Assembly (NCBI GenBank): GCA_041178085.1
Contig: JBEGVZ010000085.1
Location: 32,001 to 96,000, forward strand
Source: Pseudomonadota bacterium
GTDB lineage: Bacteria; Bdellovibrionota_B; Oligoflexia; Oligoflexales; RGVZ01
DNA length: 64,000 nt
Direction of reading: 5' to 3'
Positions 8,662 to 19,264 of the stretch are shown piece by piece. The notes below the pieces were generated by a model. That model made no database searches, had not been told where the DNA came from, and was given only the letters and a program-made list of their open reading frames with translations. Position 1 is the stretch's first letter; every line of letters begins with the position of its first letter. Both the position numbers and the translations under genes were made by a program.

Positions 8662-9780
8662 ATGACCAGGAAAACTCTCGTCCTTCTTTACGGCGGGCGC
8701 TCGACGGAGCATGACATTGCCCGAAAGAGCGCAGCATTTGTCTATAGGAACCTTGATCGGGGTGCTTTTGACCTGCATCTGGTCGGGATCGACAAACGAG
8801 GAAACTGGCACCCTCAAAGCACGACAACCTGGGAGCTGGAACCGGAATCCCTTCCCATCGTCCCGGCAGTCCAAGGCAAATCCCTTACTGCAGGCGCTCA
8901 CTTGCCAACAAACCCGCGCGAGGCTCTGGCGAGTCTTTGTGGCCTCACGGCGGCGCAGCTGGATCACTGTGTGTTTTTCCCGATGATCCATGGCAACTCA
9001 GGCGAAGATGGAACGCTCCAAGGGTTCTTTGAACTGGCAGGAGTTGCCTTTGTCGGCCCTGATACCCTCGGCTCGGCTGTTGGGATGGATAAAGTTGTGG
9101 CAAAACGCCTGGCCCACTCTGCAGGCATTCCGGTTGTTCCCTACATCGAAGTGACCGAGGAGTCCTGGCAAGTCGAGGCCGATGCAACTTGTAAGCGGGC
9201 TCTCGACCTCCTTGGCCTGCCGATTTTCGTCAAGCCATCCCGGCTTGGCAGCTCCGTCGGTGTCGTCAAGGTCAAGGAGGCGGCTTCGTTGAAGGGAGCC
9301 ATCGCAAGCGCACTTGAATACGACGACAAGGTCCTGGTGGAACAGGGCCTTGATGTGCGCGAGGTCGAATGTGCCATGCTTGGTCCTGTGACGCCAAAGC
9401 CATCGGTGATAGGCGAAGTGGTGCTGGAAGCTGATTTTTACTCTTTTGAAGAGAAATATGCCCAGGCATCCCGCGCATCGACAAAGGTTCCGGCGGATTT
9501 ACCGGACGACCTGGCAGCGGAGATCAAAACTCTCTCCGTCAGGCTTTTCCAGACACTCGGTCTTTACGGGATGGCACGGGTTGACTGGTTTCTCGACCGG
9601 AAGTCGGGCCAGCTATACTTCAATGAGGTGAACACGATCCCGGGGTTCACCGAGCGCTCCCACTATCCCCTTTTCTGGCGGCATACTGGCAAGGATTCAA
9701 AGCAGCTTCTCGAGGATTTGATTGAACTTGCCCTGCACCGGTCGCGGGTCAAGTTTGCGCTCAAACGCGAGTTCACCTGA
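8662..9780 (+). CDS. ddl: D-alanine--D-alanine ligase
   Basis: GGRSTEH, HGNSGEDGTLQG, MDK, KPSRLGSSVG, ARVD, NEVNTIPGFT. Confidence 0.96.
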   Translation: MTRKTLVLLYGGRSTEHDIARKSAAFVYRNLDRGAFDLHLVGIDKRGNWHPQSTTTWELEPESLPIVPAVQGKSLTAGAHLPTNPREALASLCGLTAAQLDHCVFFPMIHGNSGEDGTLQGFFELAGVAFVGPDTLGSAVGMDKVVAKRLAHSAGIPVVPYIEVTEESWQVEADATCKRALDLLGLPIFVKPSRLGSSVGVVKVKEAASLKGAIASALEYDDKVLVEQGLDVREVECAMLGPVTPKPSVIGEVVLEADFYSFEEKYAQASRASTKVPADLPDDLAAEIKTLSVRLFQTLGLYGMARVDWFLDRKSGQLYFNEVNTIPGFTERSHYPLFWRHTGKDSKQLLEDLIELALHRSRVKFALKREFT

Positions 9781-10486
9781 ACAGTTCAGCAGGGGCTTCT
9801 TGCACCCACCCCGCCGTGAATACCTCGCTGAGGTCCTTGCAAACCATCTTTGCGCCAGCGGCGTAAAGCTCCCCGGCATCGTGTTGGGAGGCTATGCCAA
9901 CCGGGCACATGCCGGCTTTTTTTGCCGCTGCCAATCCATGAATGCTGTCCTCGAACACAATCACCTCGCGATGAACTGTGTGTGAAATCCCTAGCCGCAT
10001 TGCGCACAAAAGAAAAACGTCCGGCGACGGTTTTGGATTGGCAACGTCTTCTACCGACACAACAAGTGGTGCCTGGATGCCGATCGCTTTTAACGTCTTG
10101 TCTATAAACGGGCGTGTGGCATTGCTGGCAATGCCCCAGGGTATCGATTGGCCAGACAACTGCTGAAACAGGTCGATCGTGCCGGGGAGTGGTTTGACGG
10201 CCACTCCGCCCTCGTCCAGGATCCTTCGTTTGAGCGCGGCCAACTCGGGCGCGCGAGTCAGTTGACCGGCTTCCCCGGCCAGAATCATGGCAATCGTACT
10301 GGTCGAATGACCAACCAAACGCGAAGGGTCCTTGAGATCCATGCGGAACAGTTGGCGGGTTGCTACTGACCAGGCGTCAATATGGACCGAGAGGCTGTCC
10401 ACCACGACACCGTCAAAGTCGAACAAGAACCCGGCAGCAGTGGTCACCTTGCAGCCCCCGACAAATATGCCCAAACCCTGTTTCAA
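9773..10486 (-). CDS. HAD family phosphatase (beta-PGM/CbbY-like)
   Basis: FDFDGVVVDS, IASN, KPSPD, FEDSIHGLAAA. Confidence 0.9.
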   Translation of the reverse strand: MKQGLGIFVGGCKVTTAAGFLFDFDGVVVDSLSVHIDAWSVATRQLFRMDLKDPSRLVGHSTSTIAMILAGEAGQLTRAPELAALKRRILDEGGVAVKPLPGTIDLFQQLSGQSIPWGIASNATRPFIDKTLKAIGIQAPLVVSVEDVANPKPSPDVFLLCAMRLGISHTVHREVIVFEDSIHGLAAAKKAGMCPVGIASQHDAGELYAAGAKMVCKDLSEVFTAGWVQEAPAELFR

Positions 10487-10537
10487 ACCTTAACGGCTAT
10501 CGTGTATGCTGACAACTCCGGCTGGGAGAGCCCGAGC

Positions 10538-11134
10538 ATGGTAAGAAAATTATCAAAATCAGTCATTTGGTTGTTGGTCATGATCCTGGCGAACATTGTC
10601 CTCGACCAGGCCAGCAAGGTTCACGCTGAACGCAACCTCCGCGTCTGGGAGGACCCGCTTGACCTGACGGCATACCGTGGCCGGCGGGTTCCGCTGGCCA
10701 CGATCGGCAACGAACAGGACCCGACGGGCAAGGCCAACTATGTTTCGTTTAACTTGAACTATGTACGCAACCAGGGGGCAGCCTGGGGGATGCTGGCCAA
10801 TGCCAAGGAACAATTCCGCGTTCCCTTTTTTTACATCGTGACGTTGATTGCGATGGTAGCGATTGCCTTTTATTTCCGGGCGACTCCTCCACACCATAAG
10901 CTTGCCCGCTATGCTCTTGCCCTTGTTTTCAGCGGTGCGGTCGGCAATTTCATAGATCGCGTTCGCCTTGGCTACGTGATTGACTGGATCGACGTGCACT
11001 GGAATTTCATCGGCTGGCAGTATTACTTCCCCAATTTCAATGTCGCGGACGCCGCTATCTCGGTGGGTGTAGCGTTGCTGCTCGTGGACACGATTTTGCT
11101 TGAGCGCCAGCGTCAGAAGCGGTCTGCAGCCTGA
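10538..11134 (+). CDS. lspA: Lipoprotein signal peptidase II
   Basis: LDQASK, NQGAAWG, GAVGNFIDRV, VIDWI, FNVAD. Confidence 0.95.
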   Translation: MVRKLSKSVIWLLVMILANIVLDQASKVHAERNLRVWEDPLDLTAYRGRRVPLATIGNEQDPTGKANYVSFNLNYVRNQGAAWGMLANAKEQFRVPFFYIVTLIAMVAIAFYFRATPPHHKLARYALALVFSGAVGNFIDRVRLGYVIDWIDVHWNFIGWQYYFPNFNVADAAISVGVALLLVDTILLERQRQKRSAA

Positions 11135-11161
11135 GCTTTTCACCGGGTTGAGCGCAGCCAA

Positions 11162-11197
11162 GTACATTCAGACGTACTCTCAAGAGTACATTCCAGG
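11162..11197 (+). repeat. Three tandem imperfect 12-bp repeats upstream of clpC
   Basis: GTACATTCAGAC / GTACTCTCAAGA / GTACATTCCAGG; GTAC at 11162, 11174 and 11186, GTAA at 11198. Confidence 0.6.
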
Positions 11198-11207
11198 GTA
11201 AGAGCAG

Positions 11208-13664
11208 ATGGCACAGAGTTTGTTGCGAAACTGCACCTCAAAAGTCGGCGAAGCCCTGCAAGCCGCCATCATGGAACTTGCCAACATGCAGAAGTCGGTT
11301 GTCACGGCCGAAGTGATGCTGTTGGCCCTGATGGATCAGAAGGATTCCATTGTCCTGAAGATATTCAATGAACTCCAGAAGGACGCTGGCGGACTGCGGC
11401 GTGAAATTGCCGATCGTGTCACTGCCCACATCCAAACCCTTCCCGACATCCAGGCCGGACGTACGAGTAGCATGCGGATATCTCAGGAGCTCAAGAACCT
11501 CTTTGACCTTGCCGATGCCCAGCGCAAGAAATTTGGTGATGACTACGTCTCGACAGGAACGCTTTTTGTTGCAGGTTTTGATCAGCAGGTTCCCGGTCTG
11601 CGTCAGCTTCTTCTCGACAGCGGCCTTGACTACGAGGGCTGCTTCAAGGCCCTCTCCGCCATCCGGGGCAACCTGAAGATTGACCAGAAGGACGACGAAT
11701 CACGGCAGAGTCTTCTTGAACAATACACAACCGACGTGACGGCAATGGCCCGGCGGAATGCACTCGATCCCGTGGTCGGGCGCGAACCTGAGATTGAACG
11801 GGTGATCGAGATTCTCTCGCGACGGAAGAAAAGCAATCCGGTCTTGATTGGTGAGCCGGGCGTGGGCAAGACCGTGATTGTCGAGGGTCTGGCCCAGCGA
11901 ATTGTCGACGCCAACGTACCCGAATACCTGCTCAACAAGCGGGTTCTTTCGCTTGAAATGGGGACATTGATTGCGGGCGCAAAGATGCAGGGGGAGTTTG
12001 AGGAACGACTCAAGACGATCGTCGATGAAGTCACGTCAACCGACGGTGAGATCATCCTGTTTATTGACGAATTGCACACAGTCGTTGGTACAGGCCGCAG
12101 TGGCGGCGGGCTGGACGCATCCAACATGCTCAAGCCAGCCCTTGCAAAGGGCGTTCTACAGTGTATCGGTGCGACAACCCTTCGTGAGTACAAGCAGTTC
12201 ATCGAATCGGACAAGGCGCTTGAACGCCGCTTCCAGCCCGTTCGTGTCGAGCAGCCGACCGTTGAGCAGACAATTTCGATCCTCAAGGGTCTTCGGCCAA
12301 GATACGAAGCGCACCATGAAATTGAATACACGGACGAGGCGTTGACGGCGGCGGCGGAACTTTCTGATCGTTATCTGACCGACCGTTTTTTGCCAGACAA
12401 GGCAATCGACCTGATTGACGAGGCCGGGGCAAAGAAGCGCCTAAAACTGATCCACACTCCCCAGGCCTTGCGCGCCCTTGAGACAAAAAGGCAGGAACTC
12501 CTTGGCAAGAAATCGGACGCCTTCAAGGCCCAGGACTTTGAACGCATGGCAGCCCATCAGATGGAGCTCTCCAGGACGGAATCTTTGATCGCTACAGAGC
12601 GGGCAAAGGTGCAGTCGGCGCTTGGTGAAAAAGATCGTCGCGTTGATTCCCAGGACATTGCGGCCGTGGTCCATCGACTGACTGGGATTCCAGTCGAGAA
12701 GATGATGTCGGTCGAGGCGGAGCGACTACGCAACCTCGAACAGAGGTTTCAGGCGCGCGTTGTCGGTCAGTCCCACGCAGTCGCTTCAGTCGCCAATGCG
12801 ATTCGCCGTAACCGTGCGGGCCTTAGAAAACCCAATGCACCGATCGCCTCATTCCTTTTTCTTGGGCCGACCGGGGTTGGCAAAACAGAGCTGGCAAAAG
12901 CAATTGCAGCGGAATTGATGGACGATGAATCACGCATTATCCGGATCGACATGTCCGAATACATGGAAAAGCATACGGTGTCGCGCCTTGTCGGATCCCC
13001 GCCAGGATATGTTGGCTACGGCGAAGGTGGGCAGTTGACGGAGAAGGTCCGTCAGCATCCCTACTCTGTTGTCCTGTTCGATGAGTTTGAGAAAGCCCAT
13101 CCAGACATCTACAACATCCTTCTCCAAGTACTTGACGAAGGCTGGTTGACTGACGCGGAGGGACAGCGGGTCAGTTTTCGCAACTGCGTCATCATCGGAA
13201 CGTCAAACATCGGATCAGAGCACCTGACCCAGAAGCGCCGACCAGTTGGGATCGCAGCCCAGGCAGAACCAATCGACGCTGCGGCCGAGAAGGCCCTGGT
13301 CATGGGAGAAGTAAAAAACTTCTTACGCCCCGAATTTATTAACCGGTTGGATGAGATCATCGTCTTCGGCCGCCTTGGGGCGGAAGAACTTGAACGCATT
13401 CTTGACATGCAGCTGGACGCACTGTCGAGCAGGCTTGGCAAGATTGGCTACTCGCTGGAACTTTCTGCGGCTGCGCGCAAGGGACTGCTTGAGGGGATCG
13501 ATGCCAGCACCTACGGTGCACGCCCCTTGCGGCGTCGGTTGGAGCAGACGATCGAGAATCAGATGGCCAGCTTGCTTGTCTCCGAGAATCCGCCGCCTCA
13601 GGGAAAGATCAAAGTGGACTATCAGGGCGGCGTATTCCAACTCACCCCGCAGCTACGGGCTTGA
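11208..13664 (+). CDS. clpC: ATP-dependent Clp protease ATP-binding subunit, ClpC-type
   Basis: Clp-N repeats, two AAA+ modules ([23 protein letters not shown]), a short UVR-like middle domain ([11 protein letters not shown]) and a VGI loop. The short middle domain favours ClpC over ClpB. Confidence 0.8.
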   Translation: MAQSLLRNCTSKVGEALQAAIMELANMQKSVVTAEVMLLALMDQKDSIVLKIFNELQKDAGGLRREIADRVTAHIQTLPDIQAGRTSSMRISQELKNLFDLADAQRKKFGDDYVSTGTLFVAGFDQQVPGLRQLLLDSGLDYEGCFKALSAIRGNLKIDQKDDESRQSLLEQYTTDVTAMARRNALDPVVGREPEIERVIEILSRRKKSNPVLIGEPGVGKTVIVEGLAQRIVDANVPEYLLNKRVLSLEMGTLIAGAKMQGEFEERLKTIVDEVTSTDGEIILFIDELHTVVGTGRSGGGLDASNMLKPALAKGVLQCIGATTLREYKQFIESDKALERRFQPVRVEQPTVEQTISILKGLRPRYEAHHEIEYTDEALTAAAELSDRYLTDRFLPDKAIDLIDEAGAKKRLKLIHTPQALRALETKRQELLGKKSDAFKAQDFERMAAHQMELSRTESLIATERAKVQSALGEKDRRVDSQDIAAVVHRLTGIPVEKMMSVEAERLRNLEQRFQARVVGQSHAVASVANAIRRNRAGLRKPNAPIASFLFLGPTGVGKTELAKAIAAELMDDESRIIRIDMSEYMEKHTVSRLVGSPPGYVGYGEGGQLTEKVRQHPYSVVLFDEFEKAHPDIYNILLQVLDEGWLTDAEGQRVSFRNCVIIGTSNIGSEHLTQKRRPVGIAAQAEPIDAAAEKALVMGEVKNFLRPEFINRLDEIIVFGRLGAEELERILDMQLDALSSRLGKIGYSLELSAAARKGLLEGIDASTYGARPLRRRLEQTIENQMASLLVSENPPPQGKIKVDYQGGVFQLTPQLRA

Positions 13665-13676
13665 GGATTGCGAACC

Positions 13677-15944
13677 ATGCGCGGGCTATTCCCAGTAGTG
13701 ACGGGCCTTATACTTAGCTGGCCTCGAGGGGCTTCGGCGGCAGTCGAGGATCGTGTCCTTGCGTCTCTTCGCGACGTCGAGGTGAAAGAGTCAGTCGATC
13801 AGAGGAATGATGTCGAGGCGCTGCGTAAAATGCATGCCGCTTCGCGGGGCGCCGGTCGGGCCCTGGCGGCACTCGGGCTGGGTGCCGCGCATGTGAAGGA
13901 ATCCCCGTCGGCTGCCTTGCAGCATATTTCTTTGGCCCGCGCGGGCCTTACCCGCCGTCCCGAATTCCAGACCGTTTTGAACTACTACGAGTCGATCGCC
14001 TTGAGCTCCCTCGGCTATTTCGAGCCAAGTAGCGAACTGCTCAAGCAGGAGATCACGTCTGGTCGCGCTGGCGATGGCTGGATACGGGCGCTCTACTCAA
14101 TTCTATTGATCAATCTCGTCCGCCAAGGGGATAACAATGGGTTTCTCACCCATTATGAATCATTCTCGCGCCGTTTTCCGGCTGCAAGGCGATACCAGAA
14201 ATTTGCAGTGCGTTTTGCCAAGGCTCTGGATTCCCGCCCTATGCGCGAAGGATTCGTCGCCGCGCTGGAAAGTCTTTCGCAGAGCTATCCTTATACGGCG
14301 GAATCTCAGTGGGCATTCCGCCGGTTACTTAGCTTGCAATGTGAAGATGACCCGGCGGCGCGAAAGGCTGGATTTTCCCGCGACCTTCTCGTTTCTCTAG
14401 GGCGTAACGGGGAGCTTGACGAAGGTATCCCGGACCTTGTCGGCACGCTTCTTCAAGGTCCTCTGAGGGACGGTCGCCGGGGTACCAGGAGACTTGATCC
14501 TGTTGAACTTATTGAATCACTGAACCGCTCAAGGCGCGGAGCACAGGCCCTCGAAATGGCCTTGGCGGAACTCAACCATGCGCGTCTTTGGCGGGACGAA
14601 AAACTTGAACAACGTCTTCTAATAGTTCTGGTTCGTATCTACTTCAACCAGCAGGACTACCTGTCGGCAGACCGGATGATTTCTACCATCCGGACAAAAT
14701 TTCCAGCGTTGCTGGAAAATCAGAAATTGCGCGAGCTTCTGGCGGAAAATTATTCCCGTCTGGGTTCCCACCGTTTAGCGGCTGGAGAATACGGCCTTCT
14801 CTCTGGGCGGCATCCGGGTAATCCCATGTACCCTTGGCTGGAATTCTGGTCGCTATACCGGGCAGGACTTTTTCCGGAGGCGAGCGCGGTGGCAGCGCGC
14901 AGCAATTTCGGCGGCAGCCTTGACCGTGAAGACGGCGCAGACATTCGTTACTGGCAGTCACGCATGCGGTTTCGAACCAACCCCGAGGCCGCACGCGCTC
15001 AGCTCAGTGAACTCATCGCCCAAAAGGGAGACAGCTATTACGCAATCATGGCCAGCCTTCGTTTGGGGCAGGAAATAAATCCTGTTGCTGCGGCACCCGC
15101 GCCAAATGACCATAGCAGGCCAGTCCAGAGTGCGATTGAAGTTGACGATTCGATTGCCCTCGATGAGCTCAGGCTGGCGGGCCTTTTTTTGGATGCGCGG
15201 ATGGTCGAGGCTGCCCGGTTTCAGATGGCGGGGATCTCCTGGGCTGACCAGGATGAAGAGGAAAGCATGGTGCTTGGGCAGTTTGCGTTTGCCGTAGATA
15301 ACTTCCGTGCCGGCCTCAGCGCAGCCAACAGGATGGCGTCGGATTCTGGAGCCCGTCCCAGGTCTCTCGAGGGTTTGACCAAAGACCGCGCATCGCGTGC
15401 AGTCTGGCGCCTTCTTTATCCGTTTGCTTATGCTCCGATGGTTGAGACCTTCGCGCGTCAGGCAGGGATCGATAAATTTTTTGTGCTGTCTATCATGCGC
15501 ACGGAAAGTCATTACAATCCCGAGGCACAGTCCCCGGTAGGAGCTCAGGGCCTCATGCAGATCATGCCCGCCACCGCCGTGCGGCTGGCGCGCCTGCTTG
15601 GTGACCCAGGTTTCGCTATCACCAGCCTTCGTGAGCCCAAGGTCAGCGTCGCTTATGGCACTTATTATCTCTGGAAACTTCTTCGGTATTATCAGGGAAA
15701 TTATGGGCTTGCGGCTGCCGCTTACAACGCCGGACCAATTGCGGTCAACGTCTGGCTGGAGGCCTGCCGGGGCTGCGAGATGGACGAGTTTGTTGAATCG
15801 ATTCCCTACCGCGAGACGCGCCGCTATGTGAAGACGGTCTTGAAAAACCTGGTGACCTATCGCTCCATTTATGCGGGGACGCCCTTTTCCTCTGCGGATG
15901 TGAAGATGCCCACTCAATTGGCCGAGGGCGAAATTCTGTTCTGA
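13677..15944 (+). CDS. slt: Soluble lytic murein transglycosylase (Slt70-like, helical repeats plus GH23)
   Basis: IMRTESHYNP, GAQGLMQIMPAT, AAYNAG, IPYRETRRYV; N-terminal signal peptide. Confidence 0.85.
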   Translation: MRGLFPVVTGLILSWPRGASAAVEDRVLASLRDVEVKESVDQRNDVEALRKMHAASRGAGRALAALGLGAAHVKESPSAALQHISLARAGLTRRPEFQTVLNYYESIALSSLGYFEPSSELLKQEITSGRAGDGWIRALYSILLINLVRQGDNNGFLTHYESFSRRFPAARRYQKFAVRFAKALDSRPMREGFVAALESLSQSYPYTAESQWAFRRLLSLQCEDDPAARKAGFSRDLLVSLGRNGELDEGIPDLVGTLLQGPLRDGRRGTRRLDPVELIESLNRSRRGAQALEMALAELNHARLWRDEKLEQRLLIVLVRIYFNQQDYLSADRMISTIRTKFPALLENQKLRELLAENYSRLGSHRLAAGEYGLLSGRHPGNPMYPWLEFWSLYRAGLFPEASAVAARSNFGGSLDREDGADIRYWQSRMRFRTNPEAARAQLSELIAQKGDSYYAIMASLRLGQEINPVAAAPAPNDHSRPVQSAIEVDDSIALDELRLAGLFLDARMVEAARFQMAGISWADQDEEESMVLGQFAFAVDNFRAGLSAANRMASDSGARPRSLEGLTKDRASRAVWRLLYPFAYAPMVETFARQAGIDKFFVLSIMRTESHYNPEAQSPVGAQGLMQIMPATAVRLARLLGDPGFAITSLREPKVSVAYGTYYLWKLLRYYQGNYGLAAAAYNAGPIAVNVWLEACRGCEMDEFVESIPYRETRRYVKTVLKNLVTYRSIYAGTPFSSADVKMPTQLAEGEILF

Positions 15945-16076
15945 TCGCCTCACCACTGTTTGCAGATCTTCCCGTGAGCCCGTCAATGTTTTGACGCGCA
16001 AGTTTGCCGGATTGACTTGGTTTATGATCTTAAAAGGACTGGCCGTCTTTTCCGGCTGCGATCCAGGAGGAATGCC

Positions 16077-16613
16077 ATGGAAGAAAAGTGGATGTCGATC
16101 AACGACTACTCCCGTTCCTTTGCCATCTCCGACATGACGGTACGGCGCAGAATCCGCACCGGGAAATTGAAGGCGGTTTTGCGGGACGGCAAATATTTCA
16201 TTCACGTACCACCCGGGCACGCCCCGTTCGCCGAGGCAGATTACGGCAGCGCACCTAAGTTGCCTTCTGTTCCCGAGTTTATTCCGCCCCCGCCACCTGC
16301 GGGCCAGCTTTCTGGTGCGCAGGCGGCACGCAGTCATGGAGCCGAATACCGTCATGTGCCGCCGCATCTGGCGGCCTCAATCGCAACCCGCGATGCAGTG
16401 ACAGTTGCCGCGACCGACTTGCTCGCCTTCTGCGAGGGAGCCCTCAAAAGATTCGCCGATTTTGAAAGGCGGATTGTCGCCGAGAATCACAGCAAGATGC
16501 AGGCGCTTCAGCAGGAGATCAATGCCAAGAATCTTGAGCTCAAGCAGCTCAAGCAGCAGGTGGAAGATCTTCAGGTGCTGGTAAACCTGATGGAAAGCCG
16601 CCGCGGTTCATGA
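16077..16613 (+). CDS. HTH (MerR/excisionase-like) plus coiled-coil protein
   Basis: AGGAGG RBS; N-terminal WMSINDYSRSFAISDMTVRRRIRTGKL; Pro-rich linker; C-terminal heptads. Confidence 0.7.
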   Translation: MEEKWMSINDYSRSFAISDMTVRRRIRTGKLKAVLRDGKYFIHVPPGHAPFAEADYGSAPKLPSVPEFIPPPPPAGQLSGAQAARSHGAEYRHVPPHLAASIATRDAVTVAATDLLAFCEGALKRFADFERRIVAENHSKMQALQQEINAKNLELKQLKQQVEDLQVLVNLMESRRGS

Positions 16614-16636
16614 CGGGCAAACTTTCCGCCGGTCCG

Positions 16637-17818
16637 TCATCGAAAAAGCAGAAGTGAACCATCGCCGTAGCTAAACAACCTGTACCGCAGGTCAATCGCT
16701 TCCCGGTACATGCGATGTGCTTCATCGAGTCCAACCAGCGCTGATACCAGCATGAAAAGCGTCGACTTTGGCTGGTGGAAGTTGGTGACCAGTCCGTCAG
16801 CGACCCGTGGCTGAAAGCGGTCATGCCTGTTTCGTGGATAAATGAACAGGTTTGTCGCGTGCCACTGTCCTGCCAGCGATGCCGGGTCAACCCCGGATTC
16901 CGCCGCCATTGAAAAAAGACCCTCAACACAGCGAAAGGCAGTCGTACCCACACAGATGATTGCGCGACCGGATTTTTTCGCCTCGATAATTCCGGCGAGC
17001 GATTCCCGGGGTATTAGAAATTTTTCGTGATGCATCTGGTGCAGGGCAACGTCTTCCTGACGCACGGGCAGAAAAGTTCCGCCACCGACATGAAGAGTTA
17101 CCGGCACGGTTCCATGCCCAAGGTTGCGCAGCCTGCCCAGCAATCCCGTGGTGAAATGAAGACCTGCAGTTGGTGCTGCGACCGAACCCTTACTGGCAGC
17201 GTAAACGGTCTCATATCGTCCACGATCGGTCGTGGCAGTTTCCTTGTCGCCAGCTTTCCTGTGGATGTAAGGCGGAAGGGGTGTTTCTCCGGCTTCTTCA
17301 AGCCACCGGTGGAAGTCAAAGCCGTCGGTTCCTCGGCCGGGGCTGAATGTGATTTGGACAGCCGGGACCTCCCCATCAGCCGCAGGCTCTTCGATAGCAA
17401 GGATTTGTCCAGTGACCGGAGCCCTTGGGTCACGCACGACAGTGGCGGAGGTGCCGACCGGTGCAAAAAGGATTTCACTTCCCACTTTCAGTTTCTTTAG
17501 CGGCTTTGCCAGGGCGCGCCAGATGATGGATGGCCCCTGCGCGGAAAGCGGTTCGAGCAGAAATATTTCAATCCTCGCCCCGGTTTTCAAGAACCCGTGG
17601 AGGCGACTTTGCAAGACGCTGGTATCATTGAGAACCAGGACACTGCCCGCGGGCAGCACCGCAGGAAGATCCGAGAACTGGTGGTGACTGATTGCACCGT
17701 CGGCGGCGTGGACAAGCAGGCGCGAGGAGTCCCTCTCGGCAGCCGGAGTTTGCGCGACCAGCTCCGCAGGGAAGTCGAAATCGAAATCAGAAAGTTTGAG
17801 GAAGTTTTCTTCGTGCAT
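16637..17818 (-). CDS. queA: SAM:tRNA ribosyltransferase-isomerase
   Basis: LSDFDFDFP, RDSSRLL, PLPPYI, GSVAAPTAGLHFT, TNFHQPKSTL, SYGD. Confidence 0.96.
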   Translation of the reverse strand: MHEENFLKLSDFDFDFPAELVAQTPAAERDSSRLLVHAADGAISHHQFSDLPAVLPAGSVLVLNDTSVLQSRLHGFLKTGARIEIFLLEPLSAQGPSIIWRALAKPLKKLKVGSEILFAPVGTSATVVRDPRAPVTGQILAIEEPAADGEVPAVQITFSPGRGTDGFDFHRWLEEAGETPLPPYIHRKAGDKETATTDRGRYETVYAASKGSVAAPTAGLHFTTGLLGRLRNLGHGTVPVTLHVGGGTFLPVRQEDVALHQMHHEKFLIPRESLAGIIEAKKSGRAIICVGTTAFRCVEGLFSMAAESGVDPASLAGQWHATNLFIYPRNRHDRFQPRVADGLVTNFHQPKSTLFMLVSALVGLDEAHRMYREAIDLRYRLFSYGDGSLLLFR

Positions 17819-17848
17819 GAGACCCTGAAAATTAAAGCCCTTGGCATA

Positions 17849-19264
17849 ATGCTGTTTTTTTTGGCAGTCACGGGCCTTTTTACCGACAGCCCCGTTCTGG
17901 CGGGAGAAATCTGCCCTCCTGCTTTTTACATCGCAGAACTGGTCAACGCGAGGGATGCCGCCCGGTCTTCTCTGAACCTTTACTCAAGAGATGTAACTGG
18001 CTGGCATCAAAGGGAGTTTGACAAGGTGGTCCTGTACCGTCCGCCCTTGCCGAGGAATTCGGCCGTTTCCTCCTCTCCGGTCTATGGTTATCGCCTTACC
18101 ACACCCTTTGCGTCTGGCAGGTTCCTTGTGGATTTCAAGGCCTCCGCTGCAACGGGCACAGCTCCCGGAGACACATTGCTCGTACCATCTGGTAGGCCCG
18201 GCGGGCTCCGGGCCACCCCTCGCGAGATCAGCCAGTTATTGCGATCGGCCGGTTGCAAGGAAGGTCTGGTTTCTGAGCTGGAATCGACGGGCTCCGGTGC
18301 GGACTTCGCCCCGCAATTTTTTTACCTGCTCAACTGCCCCAATATGAGAAAGCCCGGGGGTGGTGCCAACCCGGTGACTTTTCTTCGTGACTCGCTGCGC
18401 ATCAGCAGTGACGAGTTCAGCTACCACATGAACCGGAAGAACCAGATGCTTTTTGACCGCATGGAGATTGTCAGAAATCCCCAGGACCGTTCACCAAACG
18501 CCATCAGTTACCTGGAAAACGGAGCCTTTGATATTCGTGCTGACATCAAGAAATTTTTCACCATGCATTTCACGTCAGGTAATGTTGAGTCGAAGGTGGT
18601 TGCGCACCGCGAAGGACTCGCTGGAACCCAGGCCAGGTTAAGCTTTGATTTGAAGCTGCTTTTCCTGCGGCTGGACTTGCAGCTGCTCACCGATGTCATG
18701 TTTCTTCGGGACATGGCTTTTCTGCCGATGACCATGAAAATACCGGCGCACGCGGAAGATTATGTCCATCCAAACACGGGTGTTTTATACAGCTGGTTCA
18801 CGACCAAGGGGACCCACGTCCGCAGTGACTGGATGCACATGCCTCCCCGTCAGCGCTTTTCATCACAAGGGGAACTGAAGGCACGCGCGAACGAGGTGGC
18901 CGCAACACACTGTGAGCCCTCCGGCCAATGTTCTTTTCGCGCCGCTGTCGGCCGCACCGGGACGGAACCGGTTGTGGCGATGGAGATCAACATCCGCAGG
19001 GAGCTTTTACTCAAAGGTTTCTATCCCCAGTACGTTGCGGATGCATCTTCAGAGCAAGATGACCTGGGCTGGACGTGGGACGGGAAACAAGGAGACGGAC
19101 AGGTGCGCCAAGGGCTTTACTTTGAACTTTCCAGCCTGCCAAAGGGCGAACACGGCTTTGAAATATGGCTTCGCATCCTGCCGCCCAACGCATCCCGGGG
19201 CTCAGTTGCCTTTTGTCCCTCTCGCTGGAACGTAAGGGACATCAAGGTCAGCACTTCAAATTGA
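17849..19264 (+). CDS. Hypothetical exported protein
   Basis: Long ORF filling the gap between queA and the M14 peptidase; hydrophobic N-terminus from ATG 17849. The upstream part of the ORF-track call overlaps queA. Confidence 0.6.
   Translation: MLFFLAVTGLFTDSPVLAGEICPPAFYIAELVNARDAARSSLNLYSRDVTGWHQREFDKVVLYRPPLPRNSAVSSSPVYGYRLTTPFASGRFLVDFKASAATGTAPGDTLLVPSGRPGGLRATPREISQLLRSAGCKEGLVSELESTGSGADFAPQFFYLLNCPNMRKPGGGANPVTFLRDSLRISSDEFSYHMNRKNQMLFDRMEIVRNPQDRSPNAISYLENGAFDIRADIKKFFTMHFTSGNVESKVVAHREGLAGTQARLSFDLKLLFLRLDLQLLTDVMFLRDMAFLPMTMKIPAHAEDYVHPNTGVLYSWFTTKGTHVRSDWMHMPPRQRFSSQGELKARANEVAATHCEPSGQCSFRAAVGRTGTEPVVAMEINIRRELLLKGFYPQYVADASSEQDDLGWTWDGKQGDGQVRQGLYFELSSLPKGEHGFEIWLRILPPNASRGSVAFCPSRWNVRDIKVSTSN

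Noticed and set aside
14958..16367. 469-aa antisense ORF
   Set aside because: Lies opposite slt and the HTH gene and has no recognisable motifs.
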